DNA of 64,000 bases from Utricularia gibba. Lineage: Eukaryota; Plantae; Magnoliophyta. The stretch covers positions 2,480,001 to 2,544,000 of the forward strand of contig NEEC01000002.1 in NCBI GenBank assembly GCA_002189035.1, given 5' to 3'. Each line of letters begins with the position of its first letter. Position 1 is the stretch's first letter. The notes beneath the pieces are model-generated. The model ran no database searches and was not told the DNA's origin. It saw only the letters and a program-made list of their open reading frames with translations. The translations under genes and the position numbers were made by a program. Positions 39,296 through 50,789 of the stretch are shown here, piece by piece.

Positions 39296-41219
39296 TCACA
39301 CTCTCTTGAGGATGTACCCCAACAAAACACCCGCCAGGGCGGCCACCACAAGATAGATGACTGGAATGCCGTTGCTTTTCCGGGTTTGACGCCTCAGCAC
39401 CTCCTGCGGGGTATGATGCCCCGTGTGGTAAGTTATTGAACAAGAGGATGGGGAAAACTGAGATTTCAGAAGCTGTTGGGATGATCCTGAAATGCTTACC
39501 AATTCCCGCTCGAGCTTCTGATTAAGCTGGAGAGCAGATCTCTTCTCCTCTGTCAGGTTGGAAACCAAGGACTGACCCTGCAATTTGGGGGAGAAACGAC
39601 ACAATGATGAGGAAAAGACCCTTCAGCGTTCACCAGAAAAATAGGAGAAATTATCATCCAACTTGACTCTTTCTATGTCTCCCTCTACATAGTGCTTAGC
39701 GCATTACCCAGTCTTTGAATCAAGTAATGTGGCCCTTGAAATATTAGCAGCACAAAGCATCTCAAGAAAGCAATACAACTCTTCATAAAACATCGATTAT
39801 ATTTGATAATGAAGTCCACCAGGTTGCATGAGATGCAAGAGAATCTCTAGCTAACATCTTGTGTTTTTCTATAGAATTAATTCAAGGTTTATTTTCCTGC
39901 TTTCGCTTAGATAATGAGAACATAAAAACATCTTCTTTATAGTACCAGAAGAAAAGGATTTTTCAATTTTAAGGCAACTTCGAAATAACACTATCATAGT
40001 ATCAGACTTAACCTCAGTTGTGGTTTCCTTCTGTTCACCCAATGCTTTAAACATCTGCAATAATAAAAGAGATGGGAAGATTGTGATGCATTACAAAACT
40101 GATGACATTTAAGAATTGTACAATCCATTCAAACAAATAAAAGATCCCACGACTCACAGCATTAGAATCAGAATATTGATAGGCTGCCCCATTGTCCGAC
40201 ACAGAGTCACGCGGTGAGGAGCCTTCCTCCACTCCCTCATAAACTGGAGAAGGTGGCCTTGGAGGTGGAACATACACAACTCTCAACTTGTTCTCATCAA
40301 CATGGTTTCCAGACTCTTTGTTGAACTGATAAAAGATGTAAACACTGGTCAAAGAACATTTTTTTTTTTAACATCAACCCGCAACTCTAATCAACTTATC
40401 AAGGTCACTGACAAGCCACACACCATTTCTGCAGTAATATCCTTTACTGTTGATCCAGGGCTAGCTACGACACTCTGGAGGAGAAATTTATCCTTGCACT
40501 GCATGTCTGGAGGAGCCTCCTTTTGTGCTTGCATTGTAACTGAAGGGCATAAATTATGAATCAGAAAACCATAAATTACTAGCACTGCGGATCGGAATAC
40601 ACCGCGAGTCCTCCGTTCCTCTTAGGCGAAAGCGGAAGGATGAAATAAAAATCCATTACCTACAACATCACATGTAGAGTGAGGAATGACGACTCCCGTA
40701 TTCGGTCTCACGCAATACTTTTTGGGGTTAGTTGTTTTCACCTGGAACGGGTTCATCAAATCATCATGAAACGGAGATACTACACAATGTCATCGCAAAA
40801 TTCCTCCTTTACATTATCTCACGTCTGACCGTAGGGATAATACGCTGAAAATCATAACATTGAGGAAGGAAGCAGCAGCATGATACCTTGAATGCAACAT
40901 AATTATCCGATTTGTTGATCAATTGCAGGGAACACGAGATCTGCTTCTTCAATTCGACTTTCAACACACCAAGGAAAAAGAATTGGATAAAAAAAAATTA
41001 GACGCGTGGAAGAAAATTCAAAGCCCAGAAGGCAGACAACCGAATAAAATCGGCAGATATCGAAAATGAACACGAAACAAGAATCCTTCCAAATCGGCAA
41101 TCAAAACTTCAAAAAAAAAAAAAAAAAACCCACGGCGAGGTATAAAAAAACAAGGGAAAGAAATTACAAGGAAATTGAAGCTCGAGCGGTTCGATCTGGA
41201 GAAGCTCTCCGTTACTCAT
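39296..41219 (-). CDS. VAP27: VAMP-associated protein VAP27 (MSP, coiled-coil, TM), intact
   Basis: MSNGELLQIEPLELQFPFELKKQISCSL..VAFKVKTTNPKKYCVRPN..TMQAQKEAPPDMQCKDKFLLQS..PPRPPSPV..C-terminal IPVIYLVVAALAGVLLGYILKRV*. Confidence 0.95.
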
Positions 41220-41562
41220 TTCTGACAGAAAATTGACGAAAAAATGACTTTTTCCGGCAGCGGTGGCGGATCCCGGCGCACAATTCGAGAGAAATAACAG
41301 AACAGGAAGAAGAGATCTGGTTTTCCAACCACCAGAATCTCCCCTTTTAAACATTGCTTTTTTTTAACAACCTTTTTCCAAAATTATATTTTCTTTTGCA
41401 ACATTATTCCTGAAAAATAATACACAAAAACTCCATTCATAATTTGTAGTTAAACATTGCGAAATGGTAGATATTATACATCAAACACGCGTTCACTCTC
41501 AGTGTATAAGGCTGTTAACAGTCGTTAATTTATTTATGATAAAAAGAAAACCACAGCTCCGA

Positions 41563-42227
41563 TCACACCATCAGTAGCCTGCGCGGCGGCGGCGGTGCCT
41601 GGATGTCGGAATTAGCTTCAGTTTCTCCGGCGGAGTCGCGGCGAAGGAGATTCCAGTTATCCCAATTCACTGCAACAATCAGAGCAATAGAGAGAACAAC
41701 AGCTGGAATGAAAGAGAAACGCGTAGGCATGAAGAACGCGAGGAACGCGAAGAGAGCAAAGGCAGCAGAGGCGGAAGCAGCTCCGTAAAAAAGGCGCTCT
41801 TTTTTCCAGTGGGGGTAAATGATGGTGAGAATGTGTAGAGTTGAATACACAAAGAGAGACGTGAGGAAGATCCACAGCACAGGAACACTGTTCAGGTTCG
41901 TCTTGTCGTGTAGAAAGGTGAGGAGAAGAGAAGTCGCGACGGGGAATATGGATTTGGTGAGAAATTTGAAAATCTCAATCAGCTTCTCCGTCATGGAGGT
42001 CGTAGAATCGGAGAAGATGGTGGCGTGGACTGTCCCGGCGAAGGTTTGGCCTGGCACGGAGAAATTGATGAGGATGTGGTGCCTGGTGACATGAAGAATT
42101 TCATTGTCGTTTCACAAAGATACTGAGCTAACTGTAAGTGAACAGGAACAATTGTTTCGGTTTCATACCTTGGCGCGAACGAGGGTTCCGCCGTGCCTTA
42201 GCCGCGTGCGTCCTGGTAAGCAGCCAT
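41563..42227 (-). CDS. 4-TM family B: exon 1 has TAA at codon 10, but an in-frame ATG at 41994 gives a 143-aa short form
   Basis: ATG 42227, TAA 42198-42200, conserved GT-AG intron, TATA at 42256-42264; AAG>ATG at 41994 relative to paralogs; ORF open to RRLLMV*. Confidence 0.55.
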
Positions 42228-44183
42228 TCCGGTTTATGTAAGAGGGGAGGAGGATATTTATATAAGAGGGGGGGATTCAGGAATCACGATCAGGAGGCTG
42301 ATCATTTCTTGGCTATTTCGGTAATTGTACACAGAGGGCCCACTTTTTCCACACAGGCAGCCAAACCGTGGTTCGGTTTTGAAATTATATTTCTAACCAT
42401 GGTTCGGTTTTGTGTTATAAACCGTGGTTCCAGGCACTCAATTTTGAAATTATATTTCTAACCATGGTTCGGTTTTGTGTTATAAATTTTTTGAAGGAAC
42501 TATATTTAATTTCTTAAGATTCTAAAATTAGAAATTTAAATCTTATAATTAATTTTAGAAATTATTAAATTTATTGAATTTTTATTTTAAAGATTAAATA
42601 AGAGATTAATTCTAAAAATTATATTATTCAATTTTTATCTATTCTAAAAATACATTTATATTATAATATTAAATTATACAATAATTTAATATATTAAATT
42701 TTATAATATATCTTTTATTTTATTAAAATCAATATAATTTTATGTTATCTTATAAAATAATTTTACAATCTTAAATCAATTCTATTCATATAATTTTAAA
42801 ACTGACTATATTCTACATAATTTGAATTAAAAATTTAAAAAACAGAGGAGGCCCAATCAATTTTATGGGAGAGATATAATTGTAGATTGGGCGTGGCTAA
42901 ACCCAAAAATAGCATTATATTTAATGGATATTTTATAATATAATATAATAGTATAATTTTTCTTATGGTATTCACAAACAATATACAATCACGAATATGC
43001 AATTCTTTTTTAAATATGATAGGAAATTGGCCCAAATTTGTTTACAATATCGTGATATCATTCATTAAAATAAGGAGAATGTCATGAAACTTTATAATAT
43101 GCATTACGAATTTTAATGTTTGTTGTCCACTCTGCACCAACCCTCAACCTTTATTAAAATCGCGTCCAATTTTTTCGACTCTCACTTTGCGTTGACTTAT
43201 ACGTTAAAGGGAACTCCATTTTGGGTGATATCCAGGATGCTTCCTTAATCAACGTGTGTATATTCACAAGAAAACCTTTTACTATTAAAGAAATCTGCAA
43301 CAATTTGCTTGACTAATGAATATGCGTAATCTGGTAGACGTTACACTTTGTGTGTTGATCTCCTTACATCCAATTCCTCTTCAGTAACATACTTCAACTC
43401 TGTAATTTTTTTTATTTGGTAATTTAATCAATTGTTTATTGTACATGTTTACCTGAAATGGAACATTAACAAGTTTGCTTTTTATCCTAGTGAATGTGGT
43501 GTAACATTCTTTACGATTCATGCATTATCATTACTTATGTTTGATGCATTTATAAACTATTTATACAACATATCATCGATTCTTGTGCATCTAATTCACA
43601 AAAGTGATAACTATTATTTTTAACAAATTCATTGTCCATTTTTTGGAATTTCAAGTGGTTTTTGAAGGGTGTTACAGTTTCTAAGAGATTGCAACAATTT
43701 GTTCTTATTTTTAAATGGATTGTAAGGTTTGATCGGGTGTTATGAGATGTTCCACTTTTGAAGTATATTACTGAATGTTATATTACTGAGTTTTATCAGT
43801 GCCATGTCCTTATTGTTATTGGGTGTGATTGTTCCATTGAATGTGAACGAGTGCAATTAAGTGAAAACGAGAATCAATTTCAAACATGAAAATTGTGTAA
43901 ATAATCCCAAGTAAAATGATAGGTTTGTGTTATTTGTAAAATTGTGTAAATAATCCTATTTGATAAATGCCCGCGCTGACAGATGCAGATGCAGGTAAGG
44001 GGAGAAGAGATATAGGAACACGAGGATAATTGAATAGAAGAGTTCAATCTGTCCCAATATCAGAATTCGAATACTGTTTAGAACACCATAAAACCTTACA
44101 ATTCCATACCGAGAAATTGGACAAAAAGATAGATCCGTAGATGATTGGGCCGCCTTGCCCACTATGTTACCCCTTCCCGCCGA

Positions 44184-44244
44184 ATGGCCGCCTTCCAGAA
44201 CGCACGGGGCTACGGCATGGCGGAACCCTGGTTCGGCTCCCAAG
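44184..44244 (+). pseudogene. Orphan exon 1 of 4-TM family B
   Basis: MAAFQNARGYGMAEPWFGSQ followed by ag|gtgcta; no exon 2 follows. Confidence 0.7.
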
Positions 44245-45792
44245 GTGCTACTGTGGGGCCAGATGACCAGGAGTGACGTCGGACTGCGTAGCCTCACGCG
44301 GCTCTATATTTTGAAAACCAAAATAGATGACGTGGATAAAAAATTGGTTAAATAGATGTACTCCTCTATTTTGCTTTGGTAAATAGATAATGTTATTAAA
44401 ATATTAAATTATGTTTATTTAATTATTTATTTTTCATGAATTTAGATGTCAATAAACAATCTTATGTATTATTTTACATTAATAACTTGGAGGGGTTGCG
44501 TGGGGTCCACTAAAAGAAAGGATCCACTTAAGTGGCGTTGATTAGTTCGAGAAGTTATGGGCCCCGATGATCAACAGTGACTTGCCCTCGCCATTTTGTT
44601 TCCACGTTGGACTCCAACGGTTGGAGGAGTTGGTTGGGGTCCACTAAAAGAAAGGGCCCCGCATTGGAACGCTGATTTTATCCTATCCTATCCTATCCTT
44701 GAATAAACTTCTTTCAAGTTTGCATTCAATTTAAGAAATAAATTTTAATGATGTATTAGAGTGATTTCTATTTATATAAAAAACACTCCATGTTCTTCAA
44801 TTTGAAAATAAATAATTTTATTCATATGTTATGATTGAGTGATATTTTGATAATACATAGTTTGTAATAGCTAATAATAAAAGTTCCTGAACTAAATCTT
44901 AACAAATACATCCTAGACTTAATATATATTTTTTATTAATATTCACTTTTTTTAGTTTTGGTGAAATGTCATGATTCCAATCCACCGTCACAACATTAAT
45001 GGATGTTAGGTGCAGAAATTTTTCTTGGGGCGATAGGGGTCCCACGTCTCGTACACCGTCGGGGACGACCGCACGGAAACCAATAAGGTATAAACTAAAT
45101 AAGAATGATAAATGAAATAAATTGTTGTTATGTAACTTTAAAAAAAGATTACATAATGAAAATATGTTGTATTACAAAATGAGAAATCAATATTAAAATA
45201 AGAATTTACATAAAAAAAATAAATTTTAATTCACCAAATTATAAAAATAAAAAAATGAAATAATGATATTATTAGAAAAACGATCATGTTAGAATGAGTA
45301 TCATTTTTCATTTATTTTTTTATAAAAATTTTCATTTTAAAAAATGAAAACATGTCTGTTTTGCAAAACTGGTAATTTCTCATTTTGAGAATGAAAATGG
45401 TTGCAAAACATAGCCACAGGTACAAACACGGTGAGTATCTTTATTTTATTATTATTTTTATTAAAACTACAAATATGGTCCTAAGTTATTATAAAAATTA
45501 AATAATTCCAAAAAATACAATTATTAATCATATGATTGGTTTTATGTGTATTGACGTAATTCTTGTACATTCCAAAAATGTAAACTTTCTATTTGAATTT
45601 ATTATTTTAACATTTTGACCGTATTTTTACCATTAACTTATTCTTCACTTTATGTATAAAGTAGTCCTAAAATTTATTCTTTTATGTTGAATAAATTAAT
45701 GACGAAAGCAATGATGATTTCAATTTTTTTTAAAAAAAAAGACAAAAAATTTTAATTGGTAAATTTGAGTATAAATAATTATTTAACTCATA

Positions 45793-45912
45793 TGAATGCC
45801 GCTCTCTTTAAATAAGTGAAGATTATAGTTTAAGTGGTGTATTAACTTTTCTCCAAAAAAAAAAAGAGTGTTTACTACGATTAAGATGATGCTTTTTCTC
45901 ACAGGTTCTAAG
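45793..45912 (+). repeat. Copy of the cyclophilin 3' UTR/flank (mirror ~16240-16358)
   Basis: gaatgccgctctc..aagtgaagattatagttt..ctacgatt..gatgctttttctca matches ~54222-54352. Confidence 0.8.
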
Positions 45913-46152
45913 ATGAGGATGCATTATTTATTGAAAAAAGATGAGGATGTCAAATCAAAAGGTGTTTAATAAGACAAAAGATTTCTCCAAAAAGACTTTT
46001 CATTATTTGTTGAAATAAAATGTGGATGTGAAATCGAAAGGTATTAGGCGTCACAGGTTGATCGTATGCGTCACTGGTTGAATAAATCGGCTAATTTCCT
46101 CAATGGTCCTTATAAATCCCCCCGCCCTCCAGGAAGCAATCCTCATCCGACA

Positions 46153-46826
46153 ATGGCCGCTTTCCAGAACGCACGCGGTTATGGCTCGGCGGAACCCTCG
46201 TTCGCGGCAAGGTATGTTTCTGATCACTTACAGTTAGCTCAGTTTCTGTGTGAAACGAAAATGACATCCCCCATTTCACCAGGCACCACATCTTCATCAA
46301 CTTCTCCGTGCAGGCCGAACCTTCCCCCGCGATAGTCCACGCCACCATCTTCTCCGATACTACGAGCTCCAAGACGGAGAAGCTGATGGAGATTTTTAAA
46401 TTTCTCACCAAAACCATCATCCCCGTCGCGATATTTCTCCTAACACTTGTACGCGACAAGACGAACCTGAACGGTGTGCAACAGATCTTCCTGACGTCTC
46501 TCTTTGTGTATTCAACTCTACACATTCTCGCCATCATTTACCCTCAGAGGAGAAACGGGCGCCTTTTTTACGCTGCTGCTTCCGCCTCCGCTGCCTTTGC
46601 TCTCTTTGCGTTCCTCGCGTTTTTCATGCCTACGCGTTTCTCTTTCATTCCAGCAGTTTCTCTCTCTATTGCTCTGATTGTTGTAGCGAATTGGGATAAC
46701 TGGAATCTCCTCCGCCGTGACTCCGCCGGAGAAACTGAAACTAATCCCGACATCGTGGCACCACCACCGCCGCGCAGGCTACTGATGGTGTGTGATCGAA
46801 GCTGCTTTTCTTTTTATCGTATATAA
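46153..46826 (+). CDS. 4-TM family B, two-exon gene (46153-46211, 46283-46826), 200 aa, intact
   Basis: TATAAAT 46111-46117; ATG in acaATGg context; 71-nt GT-AG intron; splicing joins MAAFQNARGYGSAEPSFAA-R-HHIFINFS in frame to the 172-aa ORF; four hydrophobic segments. Confidence 0.72.
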
Positions 46827-47019
46827 AACAACACTGTTAAGAGCATTGTACACTGTGTGAACGCGTGTTTGATGTATAATATTTTGTATCATTTTGTAAT
46901 GTTTAATTAAAAATTATGAATGGAATTTTTGTGTACTATTTTTTGAGGAATAATTTTGGAAAAAAAAGGTTGTTTAAAAAAGGCAATATTTAAAACGGGC
47001 GATTGTGGCCGTAGGGGAA

Positions 47020-47375
47020 ACCAGATCTTTTCTTTTCTTCCCTCTCCGTTATTTCTCTCGAATTGCGAGACGGTATCCGCTACCGCAGCCGGAAAAGTCG
47101 TTGTTTTCGTCAATTCTCTGTCCACGAATCTCTCACAGTCACAAAATGAGTAACGGAGGGCTCCTCCAGATCGAACCGCTCCAGCTTCACTTTCCTAGAA
47201 ATTTCCTTCTCCTCTTATTTTTGTATCCCTTGCCGTGGGTTTTTTTTTCCTAAGTTTTGATTGTCGATTTGGAAGAATTCTTCCAACTTTATTTGGTTGT
47301 TTACCTTCTAATTTTTTAATCAACTTCTTTTTCCTTGGTGTTTCCTGCAACTGATCAACAAATCCGATAATTATG
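47020..47375 (+). pseudogene. Diverged VAP27 5' fragment
   Basis: ATG 47146 MSNGGLLQIEPLQLHFP; partial exon 2 ends at aattatg 47369-47375. Confidence 0.8.
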
Positions 47376-47426
47376 AATGGAGTTTTTGTGTATTATTTTT
47401 GAGGAATGATGTTGTGAACGAAAAGG

Positions 47427-47490
47427 CAACTTGTTCATCGCCGCTTTCGACGCCCAGACGAAACTGTTCCCTTACATCAGGAGCAACGAT
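47427..47490 (-). pseudogene. 64-bp antisense fragment of the FHA last exon
   Basis: Reverse complement of ~11738-11800. Confidence 0.8.
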
Positions 47491-47684
47491 ATTCGTTCAT
47501 CTCGCTCAATGCCCATTACTTTGGGTGTTGCAATTTTTGTTATTTATTTAAAAATAAATAATGTGCATTGGATATTTTAATTTAGGGTTTGACTACTTTT
47601 CAACGTTTCAAATCAGGAGCTTGTTATTTCAAGGTTAATTCGACGAGGTCCGGTGGGTACGGATGCCAGTTTTATTTTCCGGCG

Positions 47685-47820
47685 AGTGGGGAGTTCAGTC
47701 GAACAGGTCGGTGCATGTTTCGATTTTTCAGTCTTGATTATGTATCCTGTTTTTGGCTGCACGAACAATTTGGGTCACCCAAGGCGGTGACGCTCCACAC
47801 AAACTTGGGAGATGTCAAGT
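47685..47820 (+). pseudogene. Cyclophilin intron-1/exon-2 fragment
   Basis: Matches 53051-53187. Confidence 0.85.
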
Positions 47821-49278
47821 AACGTAGCCCTTGAAATATTAGCAGCACAAAGCATCTCAAGAAAGCAATACCACTCTTCATAAAACATCGATTATATTTG
47901 ATAATGAAGTCCACCAGGACAAGAGAATCCCTACTAACATCTTGTGTAGAATTAACTCAAGATTTATTTTCCTGCTTTCGCTAAGATAATGAGAACATAA
48001 AAACATCTTCCTTATAACCCCAGTAGAAAAGGATTTTTCAATTTTAAGGCAACTTCGAAATAACACTATCATAGTATCAGATGTAACCTCAGTTGTAGTC
48101 CCCTTCTGTTCACCCAATGCTTTAAACATCTGCAATTATAAAAGAGATGGGAAGATTGTGATGCATTGCAAAACTGATGACATTTAAAAATTGTACAATA
48201 CTGATAGGAAAAGATCCCAGGACTCACAGCATTAGAATCAGAATACTGATAGGCTGCCCCATTGTCTGAGCCTTCCTCCACTCCCTCATAAACTGGAGAA
48301 GGTGGCCTTGGAGGTGGAGGAACATACACAACTCTCAACTTGTTCTCATCAACATGATTTCCAGACTCTTTGTTGAACTGATAAAAGACATAAACATTTG
48401 TCAAAGAACATTTTTTTTTGGACATCAACCCGCATCTCTAATCAACTTATCAGGGTCACTGACAAGCCACACGCCATTTCTGCAGTAATATCCTTTACTG
48501 TTGATCCAGGGCTAGCTACGACACTCTGGAGGAGGAATTTATCCTTGCACTGCATGTCTGGAGGAGCCTCCTTTTGTGCTTGCATTGTAACTGAAGGGCA
48601 TAAATTATGAATCAGAAAACCATAAATTACTAGCACTGCGGAGTGGAATACACCCCGAGTCCTGCGTTCCTCTTAGGCAAAAGCGGAAGGATGAAATAAA
48701 AATCCATTACCTGCAACATCACATGTAGAGTGAGGAATGACGACTCCCGTATTCGGTGTCACGCAATACTTTTTGGGGTTAGTTGTTTTCACCTGGAACG
48801 TGTTCATCAAATCATCATGAAACGGAGATACTACACAATGTCATTGCAAAATTCCTCCTTTACATTTCTCACGTCTGACCGTAGGGATAATACGCTGAAA
48901 ATCATAACTTTGAGGAAGGAAGCAGCAGCATAATACCTTGAATGCAACATAATTATCCGATTTGTTGATCAATTGCAGGGAACACGAGATCTGCTTCTTC
49001 AATTCGACTTTCAACGCACCAAGGAAAAAGAATTGGATAAAAAAAAAATTAGACGCGTGGAAGAAAATTCAAAGCCCAGAAGGCAGACAACCGAGTAAAA
49101 TCGACAGATATCGAAACTGAACACGAAACAAGAATCCTTCCAAATCGACAATCAAAACTTCAAAAAAAAAAAAAAAAAAAAAAGAAGCCCACGGCAAAGG
49201 ATAAAAAAACAAGAGAAAGAAATCACAAGGAAATTGAAGCTCGAGCGGTTCGATTTGAAGAAGCTCTCCGTTACTCAT
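47815..49278 (-). pseudogene. 3'-truncated VAP27 copy (MSP exons in frame; no coiled-coil or TM exons)
   Basis: ATG 49278; exons 1-4 open; GT>GC donor at 48474-48473; 21-bp deletion; breaks at tcaagt 47815-47820. Confidence 0.82.
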
Positions 49279-49590
49279 TTCTGACAGAAAATTGACGAAA
49301 AAATGACTTTTCCGGCAGCGGTGGCGGATCCCGGCGCACAATTCGAGAGAAATAACAGAACAGGAAGAGGAGATCTGGTTTTCCAACCACCAGAATCTCC
49401 CCTTTTAAACATTGCCCTTCTTTAACAATCTTTTTCCAAAATTATATTTTCTTTTCCACCATTATTCCTCAAAAATAATACACAAAAACTCCATTCATAA
49501 TTTGTAGTTAATCGTTACAATAGGTACAATTGATCATATAACACTGAACGTATAAACAGACCTTGATGATAAAAAGACAAGCACCTCCGA

Positions 49591-50259
49591 TCACACCGTC
49601 TGTAGACTTGGCGGCGGAGGTGGCGCCTCGATGTCGGAATCAGCTTCAGTTTCTCCGGTGGAGTCGCGGCGGAGGAGATTCCAGTTATCCCAATTCGCTG
49701 CAACAATCACAGCAATAGAGAGAGCAGCAGCTGGAATGAAAGAGAAACGCGTAGGCATGAAGAACGCGAGGAACGCGAAGAGAGCAATGGCAGCAGAGGC
49801 GGAAGCAGCACCGTAAAAAAGGCACCCGTTTCTCCTGTGAGGGTAAATGATGGCGAGAATGTGTAGAGTTGAATACACGAAGAGAGACGTGAGGAAGATC
49901 CACAGCACAGGAACACTACTCAGGTTCGTCTTGTCGTGTAGAAGGCTTAGGAGTAAAGACGTCGTGACGGGGATTATGTTTTTGATGAGAAATTTGAAAA
50001 TCTCCACCAGCTTCTCCGTCTTGGAGCTCGTAGAATCGGAGAAGATGGTGGCGTAGACTGTCGCGGGACGGTCTGGCCTGGCACGGAGAAGTTGATGAGG
50101 ATGTGGTGCCTGGTGAAATGAGGGATTTCATTTTCGTTTCGTTTCACAAAGAAACTGAACTAACTGTAAGTGAACAGAGAGATTTGTTTCGTTTGTATAC
50201 CTTGCCGCGAAAGAGGGTTCCGCCGTGCCGTGGCCGCGTGCGTTCCGGAAAGCGTCCAT
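49591..50259 (-). CDS. 4-TM family B, two-exon; intact if the G run at 50065-50067 is one base short in the assembly
   Basis: ATG 50259 MDAFRNARGHGTAEPSFAAR, conserved intron, ctataaatac TATA upstream; one extra G restores the frame into EIFKFLIKN... Confidence 0.55.
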
Positions 50260-50789
50260 TGCCTGTCTGAATACAGAGGGGTGTATTTATAGCGGAGGAG
50301 TGGATAAAGCACGGCATGTGGAGGGAGGGTTTTTTTAAAAAAATACCCACTCTCTTTTAATTGGACTGTCGAGCGGAGTTCTACTTTTCGCCGACTCCTG
50401 AGGAAAAAGGAGATCGACAGATTGACGAATAGACGTCGAGAAATGTAGCGAAAGGAGATAATTATGTTTTTTTTTTAATTCGCTGATTAATATTTTGATT
50501 TAATGCATTGTAAATAATGATTCAATATTTAAATATAATTTTTAATAATTTAATTAATTAGAAAAACAAGGATGTATTTTAAAAAATTAAATGTATATAT
50601 AAATAATTATGTAATTCTTTCAGTATTTTGAGTAATTTATGATTAAATTTTAAAAAAACGATTACAAAATGAAATGATGTTGTATTACAAAATATCAAAT
50701 CAATATAAAAGAATTTTTTATAAAAATAATAATTGACATAAAAAATTTAAATTTTAATTGAACAAATTCTTAAAATAACAAATTTGAAA

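Larger units (their letters stand above)
44467..49370. repeat. Right arm of the ~4.9-kb inverted segmental duplication
   Basis: Reverse complement of 12790-17686 with only scattered SNPs and homopolymer differences. Confidence 0.95.

Noticed and set aside
42353-42490. Tandem ~45-bp aaccatggttcggttttg repeat as a CRISPR-like or novel array
   Set aside because: Only two units with no spacers; consistent with a decayed AACC-rich MITE fragment in a plant genome.
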